Assembly: GCA_963674945.2 (NCBI GenBank)
Contig: CAXXWQ010000003.1
Coordinates: forward strand, 864,001-928,000
DNA from: an uncultured Desulfosarcina sp.
Lineage (GTDB): Bacteria > Desulfobacterota > Desulfobacteria > Desulfobacterales > Desulfosarcinaceae
Direction: 5' to 3'
DNA length: 64,000 bases
Position 1 is the stretch's first letter; each line of letters starts with the position of its first letter. The position numbers were made by a program, and so were the translations under genes. Shown in pieces: positions 29,883 to 41,824 of the stretch. The notes beneath the pieces are model-generated. The model saw nothing but the letters and a program-made list of their open reading frames with translations, ran no database searches and had not been told where the DNA came from.

Positions 29883-30200
29883 TTGAAAGTGGCAATGATC
29901 ATCTGTCAGGACACGACCGAGGTTATTTGGAATGCCTTCAGGCTCGGCAACATGATGCTTGAGGGAATGGATGATGTCAGCATCTTTTTAAATGGTCCCT
30001 CTGTCAAATATGAGTCATTCGATTCTGACCAATTTCCCTTAAAGGAACTGGCAAAGATATTCACGCTTTCCGAAGGTCAGCTTCTTGCCTGAGGGAAATT
30101 ACTGGACCTTCACGGTGTGAAGGAAGGATACCATAAAAGGGGTACTCAGAAAGACCTTTATGATTTAATAAAAGAAAGTGATAAGGTGATTTCATTCTGA
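29883..30200 (+). CDS. DsrE-family selenoprotein (UGA read as Sec)
   Basis: WNAFRLG, SIFLNGPSV; in-frame TGA at 30090-30092 in LLA-U-G, the conserved Cys position; frame continues to IKESDKVISF; hairpin downstream. Confidence 0.8.
30107..30123 (+). promoter_or_regulatory. Putative bacterial SECIS hairpin
   Basis: CCTTCAC-GGT-GTGAAGG perfect 7-bp stem, G in the loop, 14 nt after the UGA. Confidence 0.65.
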
Positions 30201-30358
30201 TTCATTCGAAAAAACAGAGGAGCTAACATGGGATGTTGCCATTCAGCTCCTTCGCGCTAAAGCCCGCTGGGATTAATAAAAATATGAAACAGGACATTTT
30301 GATAAACCAAACTACGGCCAGAACCTGCCAGGCAAATCGGTAGATGAGGAGTGATAAA

Positions 30359-30751
30359 ATGAAGAAATTAAAAATCAGATGGCAAAGGCTTGTCAATGAA
30401 ACTGGTAACACTTGCCCACGTTGTAGCGACACGGGCGATAATGTTGAAAGAGTGTTTAATAAACTTGAACAATCTTTGTCCAGCCTCAATATAGAAGTTG
30501 AATTAAAAAAAGAGACTTTGGATCTTTCAATTTTTACGAAAGACCCTCTTCAGTCCAACCGTATTTGGATTAAGGGGAAACCTATGGAAGAATGGATTGG
30601 CGCTACGGTTGGCAAAAGTCAGTGTTGCGATGTCTGTGGAGATGCCGAGTGTCGAACAATATCAATTGGCTCAAATACTTTTGAGACAATCCCGGAAAAT
30701 TTAATTATCAGAGCATGCCTCTTGGCGGCAGCAGAACTGTTTATCGATTAA
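30359..30751 (+). CDS. DUF2703-like thioredoxin-fold protein
   Basis: TCPRCSDTG, SNRIWI.G, CCDVCGDAECRT. Confidence 0.75.
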   Translation: MKKLKIRWQRLVNETGNTCPRCSDTGDNVERVFNKLEQSLSSLNIEVELKKETLDLSIFTKDPLQSNRIWIKGKPMEEWIGATVGKSQCCDVCGDAECRTISIGSNTFETIPENLIIRACLLAAAELFID

Positions 30752-30856
30752 ATAAAAACATTTAACGATGTAAATTAACTCGGACTGCAAAAAATCGTGC
30801 CACTTAGCTCTCGGTTATTTGCACCGTTCTGGAGCACAAAAAAGGAGGAGATAAAC

Positions 30857-31390
30857 ATGCAAGCACGCGGTCCACTCATGATAGAGCATCGTCTGATTGA
30901 ACGAATGATTTCAGTTATTGAAAGAGTCCTATCCCAAATTGAATCGCAACACGAGGTAGATCCTGCTTTCGTTGATATATCCATTGATTTTATCCGGATT
31001 TACGCCGATCGCACTCATCACGGCAAGGAGGAAGATATTCTTTTTCGAGAATTGAATAAAAAACCAATGATCGAAAAAGACAGAAAAATCATGAAGGAGC
31101 TGATCGAGGAACACATATTTGGTCGCCAAATAACCAAATCGCTTTTTGAAGCCAATGCCCGCTACCGGAAAGGAGATGAGACTGCCTTGACCGAGATCGT
31201 CGCCAAGCTAAAAACCCTTATCGATTTTTATCCCAAACATATCGTGAAGGAAGACAAGGTGTTTTTCCCGGCCGCCAGAGCATATTTCACCGATGCGGAA
31301 GACCAAGCCATGCTATCAGAGTTTTGGGAATTTGATCGAAAAATGATTCATGAAAAATACAAATCGGTGGTTGAAGGATTGGAAACGTAA
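30857..31390 (+). CDS. Hemerythrin-domain protein
   Basis: EHRLI, HHGKEEDILF, EH, HIVKED.VFF. Confidence 0.85.
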   Translation: MQARGPLMIEHRLIERMISVIERVLSQIESQHEVDPAFVDISIDFIRIYADRTHHGKEEDILFRELNKKPMIEKDRKIMKELIEEHIFGRQITKSLFEANARYRKGDETALTEIVAKLKTLIDFYPKHIVKEDKVFFPAARAYFTDAEDQAMLSEFWEFDRKMIHEKYKSVVEGLET

Positions 31391-31532
31391 CATTGTCGGA
31401 ATTTAATCGGCAACCTTCTACATTCTCCGGATCAAAACAGTCTGCATTTATCCTTTTACAAAAAATTGTTGTTCCCGGTACCAATTTCATGTTTGTGGTA
31501 AAACAAATTTCTTGTTCGCTAATATTAACCAA
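31287..31532 (-). pseudogene. PilZ-like gene remnant
   Basis: VNISEQEICFTTNMKLVPGTTIF resembles LNFCCNGVCFLTDKQLDPGTTIL of 38310-38636; runs into the hemerythrin gene. Confidence 0.4.
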
Positions 31533-33186
31533 TCGGGCCTTAATTTTTTTTGGACACCCCTTGAAAACAAGAAGATCGATCCTTCAGTCAGGCAGCGGTT
31601 AGACAGACGTTTTTCCGATAATCGACATCAAGACCACTAAGAATTGAACCCTGTAGCATGTCGGAATTTTTTAACCGGATGTTAAAATTTTTGCCGCTCT
31701 CACCATCACCACAATTCGATAATTCGATTTTTTTCACAACGAATTCGATATCGAAGGAATTCTCTTGAACTTTTTCACTTTCTCAATTCTATTAGAGAAA
31801 TAAAACTTTTAGGCAAGGACTCGATTCCACCAATATAGGTCACATCACTGGCGATTAAATCCCAGAAAAATTTGGGGGTATTAAAAAGTAAATCAGAACT
31901 ATCGAAGCGGTGTAAATAATACTTCAAAAGTTTGAGCTAAAAAACGGTGTCGAAAAGAGCCTATGATGTTCAGAGATTTGCCATTGTTTGATTGATATTT
32001 ATAGGAAATCCAGCACAGAACCCCGGATATTTGGTGAATAGCCTATCATGGTTGTTTCAATTTACGATTGACAATCAAATACCTTGCTATTATTACAGAA
32101 ACGGGAACTTGGAGTATCTCGGAAGAAATGTATGTACACACTTCATTTACCTACCCCTTCCTTTTCCATCCGGGTCCCCATTTTTGGGCAAGGCCTCTGG
32201 AGGAGAAGGCCTTGCCCATACTTTTTGCAGAAACCCAAACACCCCTCATCGGCAAAAATCTCTTTTAAATAGGACATTGTGTTACATTGTGGTACTGGGA
32301 GACCTCTATTCATTATTCACCGATTCTCTAGTGACTCTTTCCAGTGGGCAAGAGAATCGATTGATTGAATATTAAGCTTACCTCATCCATTGGCGGGAAC
32401 TGCCTCATTTAATGAAAGTTCTCGCCCATACTTCATTTAAAAAGTAACAGCATCCACAAAATTTCTTAAAGACCACCTCAAGTTTTCCCCGATCCAGCCG
32501 ATAACTTTATCAACTGCAACCTATTCCAGTATAAGATCCTCGGACAAGGCCCCATCATTGAGGGCCTTGTCCATTTTAGAGGATCGGAAACTTGAAAATT
32601 AACATGGATCGCTATCGCAATATTTAAAGTAGGATTTATACGAAGCACATAGCTCATCCACAGCTTGGACAACATTACTCATTTCTTTTTCGTCATTTTT
32701 TAATAGCTGCTTCAATCTATCACCGGCAGCATCACACTTGGCAAGCAATTTTTTTCTCATTTTCTCGAAATCAACTTCATCATCTATTACGCTAAAGTTC
32801 ATCAGTAGCCTCTTCCACTATCTCGGTAGTTCCAAAATAATCTCAGCCTGTTCAATATCGATGTAAGCACATGGTTAGACCAGATCAATGAAGATCTGTC
32901 AATAAACTATCGAAAAATCCACAGTCAGTGACATAGAAATGTCCAATTTTTAGAAAGCGCTTAAAGACTACCAACTGCTGTAACAATCCCGGTGATGCAA
33001 AACGCAACAACTATGCAAACAGAGCTGTTTATATGCAATCATCCATAGAAACAATGGGTTATAATGATGGGGAAAAAGCCTATCGGTTGTGTAAAATAGA
33101 CCAATAATTGAAGGGATTTAAACTAAATTTTTCACTCGTTGGCTCAAATTTGGCCCGGATTTTTTATTCCGATCCGTCAGGAATAT

Positions 33187-33639
33187 CTATCTATTATCAG
33201 AAGACATTAGTTTTTTATATACAAATTTCTTTAATACTTCAAATTCATGATCGTCATTGGCAAGCCAAGATAACGCACCTTCAAGGTCAGTGAATATTTT
33301 TACGGATTTTCTTCTTGTTTCCGAAAAAGTTTTATAAACCCTTGTTATAAAATGCAAATCATATGTGTCTTCGATAAGTACTGCGAGCAGACTATCTTTT
33401 CTATCTGCTAATGATAAGGCGCTCTCCATTAAACCCTGACCTGTCAGATTGTTCGAAGCCACCAACTTTCTGCAATCGGCAAGCTCCCTTAGATTTGATA
33501 TGCTTTCAGTCTCAATATTAAATTCCTTCACATACTGGACGATTTTATCGTCATCTATTCTGCCGATAATCTCTGTCAGTACAAATCCAAGATCTTTGAG
33601 AATGTAACGATTAATAATCATATACTCATGCTCTTTCAA
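33187..33639 (-). CDS. Hypothetical protein (SpoIIAA/STAS-like)
   Basis: ELADCR and IFTDLEGALSWL pattern. Confidence 0.5.
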   Translation of the reverse strand: MKEHEYMIINRYILKDLGFVLTEIIGRIDDDKIVQYVKEFNIETESISNLRELADCRKLVASNNLTGQGLMESALSLADRKDSLLAVLIEDTYDLHFITRVYKTFSETRRKSVKIFTDLEGALSWLANDDHEFEVLKKFVYKKLMSSDNR

Positions 33640-34157
33640 TTTGTAGTATCCAAAACGGCCTGACCATATTGAAATCTATCTATCGATAGCACCCTTTCTG
33701 CCCTGAATAGGGTAGTTCACAATGCTGGTAAGCAAGGCCCCCTGCATTGATTATATTATCAGCACTTTTGGCTTGGACTTAATCAGTATCAACCGAACCG
33801 CCTTAGTATGAAATCCGAGTGTCGAATGATATGACATTTGGGACCGCATGCATCCCTATCAATCAATCCGAGGTGCTCTAAAGGTATTATTGATACATCG
33901 TTCTAATCACATACCCCAACGTCTTGTATTTCGCATTCAATTTGATGTATTCTATAATCAATATGTAAGCGACTATTGTTTATGAGGTCCCCTCTGAGTG
34001 GTGCTATTTGTGATTTGTGAATCAATATTGATTCTCGAATACCAGCTATATTGCAAAAATATGCCGCCTACTTGCGGGCGATACAAGATTAATTTAGTTG
34101 TATAAATAGAAACGCTGGAAATAGGCCAGATGCGTTTCCTTGACTTAAGGAGTCTTT

Positions 34158-36137
34158 ATGTCTGAAAAACCGACCTATGAAGAATTGGCGCAACGGGTAA
34201 AAGAGCTCGAACTGGTTGTATCAGCCTGCAAAAATGAAGTTGAACTCTTATCTTCTTTCATAAAGCACTCCCCTATACCCGCTTTTGTTAAAGAAATATC
34301 GGACCAGGAAAGTAAGATTCTCTTTGCTAGTGATAATTATTTTGATTTAATCGGTATTCCTTCTTCACAGATGTTAGGAAAAACCATGCACGAAATCTTT
34401 CCACATGAATTGGCTGAAAAACTCACCCGTGAAGATATTGATTTTATCCAAAAAGGAAAGAGGCTAAAACTTGATAAAGAGATAAACGGCATGCACTATA
34501 TTATAAATAAATTCTCTTTTATGCAAGGTGGGAACAAATATCTTGCCGGGTATACGGTTGATATCACCGATCAAAAACGAACAGAGGAGGAATTAAGAGA
34601 AAGAGAAGTACTCTTTCGGGAATTATATAACAACGTGGCAATCGGAATTGCGATTTATGAAACTCCAGATGACGGGAAAAGTTTCGTTTTCAAAGAGTTA
34701 AATCGTCACGGACTCGAATCCGGACAGATAAAGAAAGAGGATGTTATCGGCCGGGAGATCAGAGATATTTTTCCTGGGGTCGTAGCCTTTGGCTTGCTTG
34801 ATGTCCTTCAAAGCGTTTGGAAAACCGGTAAGCCCCGGCGTCTTCCCAATAAGATCTACCAAGATGACAAAATATCGTTGTGGGTGGAAAACTATGTCTT
34901 CAAATTACCGTCGGGCCTGTTGGTGGCTATGTACGAAGACACCACGGCTAAACGGCAAGCCGAAGCTGCCAAGGATGTACTGGAAAAACAATTGGTTCAA
35001 GCCCAGAAAATGGAATCCATCGGCCGGTTGGCTGGTGGCGTAGCCCACGATTTCAACAACATGCTAAGTGTGATCATCGGTCACGCTGAAATGGCTCTTG
35101 AGGACATGGATCCATCCCTACCATCTTACGAAAAATTGAACGAAATCAAAAAGGCAGGCGAACGTTCAGCCGACCTAACCCGACAGCTCCTGGCGTTCGC
35201 CCGCAAACAAACCATCTCACCCAAGGTGGTCGATCTTAACAAGACCGTAGAGAGCATGATCCAAATGCTGAAACGCCTCATTGGAGAGGATATTGATCTT
35301 GCGTGGCTTCCGGGCAAGAACTTGTGGCCGGTGAAGATAGACCCCAGCCAGATCGACCAGATTCTGGCAAACCTTTGTGTCAACGCCCGGGATGCGATAG
35401 CGGGTGTAGGCAAAGTCACCATCGAAACGGGCAACATAGAATTAGACGAATCTTACTGTGCCGATCACCTGGGATTTTTTCCTGGTGAATTTGCGCTTTT
35501 AGCCGTAAGCGACAATGGCTGCGGAATGGACGCCGAAATTGTCGACAACATCTTTGAGCCGTTTTTTACGACTAAAAAAACAAGCACAGGGACAGGTCTT
35601 GGCTTGGCTATGGTTTACGGAGTGGTCAAGCAAAACGAAGGCTTTATCAACGTGTACAGTGAACCAGGACAGGGTACGACCTTCAGAATTTACCTTCCGC
35701 GATACGGTTCCAAGACAAAAGCCTTACCGACGTTTGTGAAAGACATTCCGATCAAACGCGGCCAAGAGACAATCTTGTTGGTGGAGGATGAACCAACGAT
35801 ACTGAAAATGACGACGATGATGCTTGAAAAGATGGGCTACCATTTATTGGCGGCCGGAACTCCAAATGAAGCCATTCGTCTTGCACAAAATTATACAGGA
35901 AGAATCTACCTGCTTTTGACCGACGTGATTATGCCAGAAATGAACGGCCGGGATCTATCCAAAAGAATCCAATCCATTCATCCAAATCTTAAATCCTTGT
36001 TCATGTCCGGTTACACCGCCAACGTCATCGCTCATCATGGTGTTTTGGATAAAGGCATAAACTTTATCCAGAAGCCTTTTTCGATGGAGACGCTTAGCTC
36101 TAAAGTGCGAGAGGTGTTGGATGGAAGTGAAGCATAA
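34158..36137 (+). CDS. Hybrid sensor histidine kinase (PAS-HisKA-HATPase-REC)
   Basis: [49 protein letters not shown]. Confidence 0.95.
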   Translation: MSEKPTYEELAQRVKELELVVSACKNEVELLSSFIKHSPIPAFVKEISDQESKILFASDNYFDLIGIPSSQMLGKTMHEIFPHELAEKLTREDIDFIQKGKRLKLDKEINGMHYIINKFSFMQGGNKYLAGYTVDITDQKRTEEELREREVLFRELYNNVAIGIAIYETPDDGKSFVFKELNRHGLESGQIKKEDVIGREIRDIFPGVVAFGLLDVLQSVWKTGKPRRLPNKIYQDDKISLWVENYVFKLPSGLLVAMYEDTTAKRQAEAAKDVLEKQLVQAQKMESIGRLAGGVAHDFNNMLSVIIGHAEMALEDMDPSLPSYEKLNEIKKAGERSADLTRQLLAFARKQTISPKVVDLNKTVESMIQMLKRLIGEDIDLAWLPGKNLWPVKIDPSQIDQILANLCVNARDAIAGVGKVTIETGNIELDESYCADHLGFFPGEFALLAVSDNGCGMDAEIVDNIFEPFFTTKKTSTGTGLGLAMVYGVVKQNEGFINVYSEPGQGTTFRIYLPRYGSKTKALPTFVKDIPIKRGQETILLVEDEPTILKMTTMMLEKMGYHLLAAGTPNEAIRLAQNYTGRIYLLLTDVIMPEMNGRDLSKRIQSIHPNLKSLFMSGYTANVIAHHGVLDKGINFIQKPFSMETLSSKVREVLDGSEA

Positions 36138-36316
36138 ATCTATTGCGCCCATTGCAGTGATTATCAGCCCAACTAATTTGGGATAGGACAAATTTTCATT
36201 GGGTCTGGTGAAGCCATAGTATTTTTGCCAGGGAATAACCTGGACTAAGAAAGCTATATTTACAAGGGATCATTAAAAATATTCGAATTTAATAACGTAG
36301 GCAACCGATCTATCCT

Positions 36317-36646
36317 TTAATTACGATCGCTTTCATGTACTATCTTCGGGAAATGGCCGTCCTTACACACCAATCCTTCAATTGGCTTAAAAAAGGTCAC
36401 CGCAAAACCATCTGGAGCTCTACGAACCACCTTGCCTACAGATTCAATAATTTGGTCAAAATCAAATAGTGGGAAATTAACTGTAATTGGTTGACCAACT
36501 GACACTTTTCGATCGGTTTTAATGAACAACCCACCTGCGCTAATATTCTTTATGATGTCTCGAAATGTCCCTTCCAGGACGGTATATTCAGCAATGATGT
36601 AGGATGTTCGGCGAGGATATTGGCGTTTCTCCGGTATTTGCCTCAC
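36317..36646 (-). CDS. PilZ-domain protein
   Basis: EKRQYPR and NISAGGLFI motifs; GTG start overlaps the IHF stop. Confidence 0.85.
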   Translation of the reverse strand: MRQIPEKRQYPRRTSYIIAEYTVLEGTFRDIIKNISAGGLFIKTDRKVSVGQPITVNFPLFDFDQIIESVGKVVRRAPDGFAVTFFKPIEGLVCKDGHFPKIVHESDRN

Positions 36647-36927
36647 TCTCCGTTCACCTTTTCTCGCAACTTTCCGGAACATTTGAAGGTCACTACCCGT
36701 CGAGCTGGCAAAATTGCATCTTCGCCAGTAGCAGGATTTCGGCCTTTCCGTTCAGCCTTCTCTTTTACACAGAATTTACCGAAACCGGAAACCAAGACAT
36801 CATCACCGGATTCCATCGTGGACTTCATGATTTCCATTAGGACTTCTGTGATTTCATTGGACTGCTCTTTGGTCAAGTCAAGCTGGTTTTTAATCTTTGT
36901 GACGATATCAGTTTTCGTTAGCGCCAT
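36643..36927 (-). CDS. ihfA: Integration host factor alpha-like protein
   Basis: MALTK.DI, SGFGKF, GRNPATGE, RRVVTFK. Confidence 0.9.
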   Translation of the reverse strand: MALTKTDIVTKIKNQLDLTKEQSNEITEVLMEIMKSTMESGDDVLVSGFGKFCVKEKAERKGRNPATGEDAILPARRVVTFKCSGKLREKVNGE

Positions 36928-37357
36928 AGGAATCTCCGAATACAATATAATGAAAATGGAAAGTAGGACTGATTCAAATTCGCAAAGATTTCATTTAGTG
37001 TCAAGGTATTACAGATTTAAAACAGACTGTAGCTACATTGCTAAATCGGATGATGAGCCGGATTGTGGCGCATTTTTATAGATGGGATAATAGCGTAACT
37101 TGACTCTCAAGATAAAGGATATGATCCAACCAATGAGATGGTTTCGGGCAACATCGTTATAAAAGGGATCCCGCCACATTGACTCAGCCGAGGCACAGGC
37201 CTTTTTTCGATCATATTTTCAATTTTAGATGCCGCTTCTTCATACCAAATCGGTCGGAATCTGGATTGATGGGGGATTTGAATCCGTCTGCAATAGTCTG
37301 TGAAATCCACATAATACCGGAGATTTGATAACCGCAGGGTATGCCGGAGGATCGGTT

Positions 37358-37618
37358 TTATCCTTCATCGTTGGCTAATCCATCATAAATCACCTCGCCG
37401 TCTTCCTTGGAAATAACGATTGCACGAGAGCTTTGCAGACCGACTCCTTTACCTGGAGCCTGGATATACCAACATTCCCCGCTAACCGCCGGCGCAACAT
37501 AGATATTCCAATTTTCCGGCTTTAATTCATAAATCTCGAACGATTCTATCGGTGTGGAGCAGCGCTTTTGAGCAATTTGTAGAGCTTCGTATTTATCGAT
37601 GGGAGTCTTTTCCATCAC
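37358..37618 (-). CDS. Hypothetical protein
   Basis: 86 aa, GGAGG RBS. Confidence 0.55.
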   Translation of the reverse strand: MMEKTPIDKYEALQIAQKRCSTPIESFEIYELKPENWNIYVAPAVSGECWYIQAPGKGVGLQSSRAIVISKEDGEVIYDGLANDEG

Positions 37619-38309
37619 TTTTTCCTCCGTATGTGTTTAGTTCATCGTACATGTCATGCTCCTGGCGTCAAAAAAAACCGACCAAGGTCACCCAAAAATC
37701 TCAAGTTATTTCCCAATCCAGCCGATAATAAAATTAACTGCAACCTATCGAATGCTGTACTCTGAACAAGGCCCTCCAATGATGGGGGCCTTGTTCATTT
37801 TTATCCCATCAACGAAACACCATCCTGATTCTGATTGGCTGGGCTGGATGTTACCACCTGAATTACGAACAATGAAATGGCTAAATCTAATATGGCAACA
37901 GGTTAAATCTAATATTGTAATTTGTGACATACAATCTAACCAGTTTTTACGATCGGAGTATTTTTTGAATTAATTTGCATTGTTGCCAATCAATGACAAA
38001 GTTGAGCTCAATCACAAGTCTTCCCATATTCATTGCGCTCATGATAGTTCGGTATTGACATATCAATTCCGAAAGATAGAATATGTTTAAAAGCAGCGAT
38101 TCGATCTTTTTTGCCAGTAAAAAGTCATTCCCAATGTTCCCGCTGAATATATCGCCCGTGTTTACCTACTCTAATTACCGGATTAACTCGTTGATGCTCT
38201 GAATTGCCTGTGGCAAATAATATCAGACATCACTGTATATCATATGTTTAAATCGCCTTGAACTATTTTTGGGCAGTCGATACTTAATTACTGCATTAAG
38301 GATGAACCC

Positions 38310-38636
38310 ATGTCTAAACATTCTGAAAAACGTCAATCCACCCGTTTTAAAACTGGGGGTACAATCTATCTTAAAGACACCATCCTGTCACCTATGGTTA
38401 AGAAGGCACATTTGCTCAATTTCTGCTGTAATGGAGTTTGTTTTTTAACAGACAAGCAACTGGACCCAGGCACGACTATTCTTTTCAAGTCTTCAAACAG
38501 CAACCATTTGTTCGCTGAAAACAAGGCTGATTGCCAGATAAGGTCCATCAGCTTTGTGACAGTCAAATGGTGTTGTAAAAGTGCAAAGAAGGATCCCATC
38601 TATTCAATTGGAGCGACCTATCTATCACACTATTAA
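38310..38636 (+). CDS. PilZ-domain protein
   Basis: EKRQSTR and NFCCNGVCF motifs. Confidence 0.7.
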   Translation: MSKHSEKRQSTRFKTGGTIYLKDTILSPMVKKAHLLNFCCNGVCFLTDKQLDPGTTILFKSSNSNHLFAENKADCQIRSISFVTVKWCCKSAKKDPIYSIGATYLSHY

Positions 38637-38643
38637 TGGACTT

Positions 38644-39115
38644 CTATAATTCCCTTTTCACATAAACACCCCTTGAGAGGGACTCGATTTTTCCACTCTG
38701 TTTCAACTTGTACAGGGCATTATTTATTTGACGCGGTGCAAAGCCTGTCTTTTCCTTTAATTCTGAAACCGTTGTACCTTCACTGCTTATTAATCCGTAA
38801 ACGCTGTCAAGTATGTTTCCAGATTCGCTTAGTTGCTCACCTGTCTCCGCTGTCGATTCAGTTTCTTTTACCTCCGCTGCCATTTCAGATTCCTTGGGAG
38901 CCTCTTTCTTCTTTATGGCAACCTTCTTTTTTGGAGTGGCCTTCTTTTTAACTGTTTTAGGACCAGGCTTTTTCTTTGCGACTGTTTTTTTAGAGGACTT
39001 TGCCTGCGCAGATTCTTTTTCAAAAACTTCGGCTATTTTTTCTACCTTTGCAGCAAGTGCTGACAATGCTTCGGAAATCGAAAATCGAAATCAAGTTCTT
39101 TGTAAATTTTTTCAT
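38644..39115 (-). pseudogene. Lys-rich histone-like protein with C-terminal winged helix, frameshifted
   Basis: ATG at 39115 after AGGAG; 7-bp tandem duplication AAATCGA (39075-39088); removing one copy restores a 154-aa frame. Confidence 0.7.
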
Positions 39116-39299
39116 CAGAAATAATCTCCTTTGAACAGGTAAATATGAGGAGCCCAACACTAGAAAATTTTCAAGACATATTATTTTATACAGACTACCA
39201 TATCAAGGTATTATAGAAAATGATAGGCATCGATTACCGAAGAAATATTGCATGCGAAAGGATGGCTTTTATTACCTCTTTCCTTACTTTGATTTCAAA

Positions 39300-40907
39300 T
39301 CAAAGAAAATCAAAAGAGAAATCTCCGCCACCCTTCAGCTCCCGATATTCAAACCCCATGAATGAGTATCCAGTGGCATGCGCAAAATGGTCATCCCCCG
39401 TTTCCTCGACCTTCTCCTTGATTGTCCCGTCATCATCTTCCTCCAGCATCGTGACCAGTGATTTCATATGGGCCCAGTAAGTATCCATAAGTGGTTGATG
39501 CTCGATATCCGGTATCGCCACCCTCATCTCCCGGAACTCATGCGACATTCCCTTCAACCAGGCAGTCCGATCCACGGAAACGGTCGACGCTTCATCTGAA
39601 AAACGGGGCTTGACCATCCTGGACTCATCCGCGTATGTGCACCCATATGTTCGCCCCGGGAATTTTTTGACCAAATAAGTCACGCGATCTTTCCCGTATC
39701 CCCAGTCAGCGACGATGATATCAGGCTTGAACGACCGTATAAAATCCTCGATCTTCTTGGTGCTTTCCAATGGCTCTTTCGAATCCTCAGTGATCAACAA
39801 ACCGATCAATTCTTTGATCCCATCCGCCCGCATTCCATACACGACCGCCCAGTTATAACTCCCCCAGTCGATCCCTACCGAGATATACACGTACCTGGAT
39901 GTACGAACGATTTGTGCCTGTAAATCTGTATCAGTGCAGACATTAAGAATATGATCCGTCAGCAGAATGTTATCCGACGCGTAAGTCTCGCCCAGAACAT
40001 AATTCCAGAACAATTGGGGAAACCGGTAGTCTTTCTTTTTCTGCATGATCTCATCGGCGGAGATCCAAACACACATCAGCTGATTAATTTGAAAGCACAC
40101 GTAATCCGTTCGAGACGGATAGGCTGCAACCCAGAAGCCATCCCACCGGTTTATCCGGGTGCTCTTACACTTCGAACAGCAAAACTCATAGGAACCTTTC
40201 GGAATGATCTTTTCATGGGGAGGAACTCTTTTGATTTCGAGAATATTGTCAGGATACTTCAGGATCTGTTCCTGGCCGCACGCCTCACACTTGACAAACC
40301 AGTGCATCTGATTGGACTTCTGCCACAGCTCATCGATGCCGCGACCTGGTAATGTCGGCGTCGACAACTCACGCTGCCACCCAAATTTCGAAGCAGAAAG
40401 CGATTCCTTGAACGCAATGCCGACGCCGCGCTTCATGCGGTCGATCTCATCAAAAACCACCAAATCTGCGTCTACACCTTCACCCAACTTCGGGTTGGTT
40501 GAAGACCGGAGATACATGGCGCCTTTGCCGAGCTTCCGCAAAGTGACATTCTGGGGATCTCCCATCATCCGGGCAAGACATCCATCCTGCGATCCCGTGA
40601 GCGCATCCTTGACACGGATATTGGAAAAATCCTCAACCTGCTTCGGGCTCGGAAAAGTATAAACCACATTGACTGGAAATTTATCCAACGCCCAAAGAGA
40701 TTCGGTGACACTATTTTCCGATACACCTGCCTGCCGGCTTTTCTTGTATCCCTTCACACGGGGTTGAATCATCAGCGGCATCATCAAAAACGGACGATGA
40801 TGGTGGGGAACTTTATAATCGATGAAACCGTAAGGCTCCCCCCGGATCATCCGATTATTGACACCCCAGGCGGCCGCAGACTTCTTGAAAAAATCATTCG
40901 TCATCAA
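39300..40907 (-). CDS. terL: Terminase large subunit
   Basis: KSRQAGVSE Walker A, VFDEID, STPT, GIDWG, DDHFAHA. Confidence 0.92.
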   Translation of the reverse strand: MMTNDFFKKSAAAWGVNNRMIRGEPYGFIDYKVPHHHRPFLMMPLMIQPRVKGYKKSRQAGVSENSVTESLWALDKFPVNVVYTFPSPKQVEDFSNIRVKDALTGSQDGCLARMMGDPQNVTLRKLGKGAMYLRSSTNPKLGEGVDADLVVFDEIDRMKRGVGIAFKESLSASKFGWQRELSTPTLPGRGIDELWQKSNQMHWFVKCEACGQEQILKYPDNILEIKRVPPHEKIIPKGSYEFCCSKCKSTRINRWDGFWVAAYPSRTDYVCFQINQLMCVWISADEIMQKKKDYRFPQLFWNYVLGETYASDNILLTDHILNVCTDTDLQAQIVRTSRYVYISVGIDWGSYNWAVVYGMRADGIKELIGLLITEDSKEPLESTKKIEDFIRSFKPDIIVADWGYGKDRVTYLVKKFPGRTYGCTYADESRMVKPRFSDEASTVSVDRTAWLKGMSHEFREMRVAIPDIEHQPLMDTYWAHMKSLVTMLEEDDDGTIKEKVEETGDDHFAHATGYSFMGFEYRELKGGGDFSFDFL

Positions 40908-41118
40908 GGAACCTTTCCACCACTCCAGCTAAGAACTCTTCGATCGACATATCTTTCTCTTCACATTTGGAATAGATCTCAAGAAGACGAACTTTTTGAA
41001 TTGGAATGGATATGGTGATTTCGACAAACTCACTATGACAGGTTTGTGTTTTTTCCCCGGATTCAAAAAACCCTTTGCCATTTTTCTCCATGAAAGTAAC
41101 CGTATCCATTTTGTCCAT
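40894..41118 (-). CDS. Small hypothetical protein
   Basis: 74 aa, packed between the terminase subunits. Confidence 0.5.
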   Translation of the reverse strand: MDKMDTVTFMEKNGKGFFESGEKTQTCHSEFVEITISIPIQKVRLLEIYSKCEEKDMSIEEFLAGVVERFLDDE

Positions 41119-41122
41119 GAAA

Positions 41123-41755
41123 TCACCCTCGTTTGTGCATGACCTTTTGATAATTTTTCATCAACTCGGCCAGATCTGCCTGGGCAGCCGCATCCCCGCT
41201 TTGCATGATTTCTTCAACCCGTTGGTCGAAAACATCATCACGACAACTCGTAGTCGCCACCTCACCGGTCACCCTGTTATTCTCAGTGGACTGACCAACA
41301 TGCAGGCGGACCATCTTCTGGTAAGCTTCCATAGAACCAAATAGTGAACGGATTGATGCCGCACTCAAATTCGGGTTGATTTTAGGCTGGCCATCTGGAC
41401 CCAACACCGGTCGACCCTTTTCATCTTCGACAAGAATCTTTTTTCGGGTGGCAAGCGATAGCAACTTCAGGTTGGTAAAAATTTCATTGAAGATATCATC
41501 AGCATGCTTGGCGATTTTATCGGCAGCGGCATCTGTCAGCTTTTTGTCGACAGACTGCTGGGTCTGTGCCACAAGTGCATCCCAATTGCCTTCGGTTTTC
41601 CACTTTTTGATCGTATTCCTGTGCACACCGACTTTCTTTGCCAGTCTTATGTCAGGAATATTCCCCAGTTGTTCCAGGTACGTCTTTTGAGCCAACTGTT
41701 TTCTCTCATCCGTTATTGGCCCGGGTTTCGTGTGTTTTTTAATCTTTTTTGTCAT
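41123..41755 (-). CDS. Putative terminase small subunit
   Basis: N-terminal HTH LAKKVGVHRNTIKKWK...W; upstream of terL. Confidence 0.75.
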   Translation of the reverse strand: MTKKIKKHTKPGPITDERKQLAQKTYLEQLGNIPDIRLAKKVGVHRNTIKKWKTEGNWDALVAQTQQSVDKKLTDAAADKIAKHADDIFNEIFTNLKLLSLATRKKILVEDEKGRPVLGPDGQPKINPNLSAASIRSLFGSMEAYQKMVRLHVGQSTENNRVTGEVATTSCRDDVFDQRVEEIMQSGDAAAQADLAELMKNYQKVMHKRG

Positions 41756-41824
41756 AGTACCTACCAGGTGCTATCCATGTGTGTGCATGCTGCCTTCGAT
41801 GCCTATTTGAAAACAGCACAATGC

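Noticed and set aside
31560..33180. Short ORFs in the AT-rich cargo spacer, including 32599-32802
   Set aside because: No clear RBS or motifs; probably gene remnants
39300..40907. Inteins or introns in terminase, DnaB or ligase
   Set aside because: Lengths are ordinary and no splicing motifs were seen
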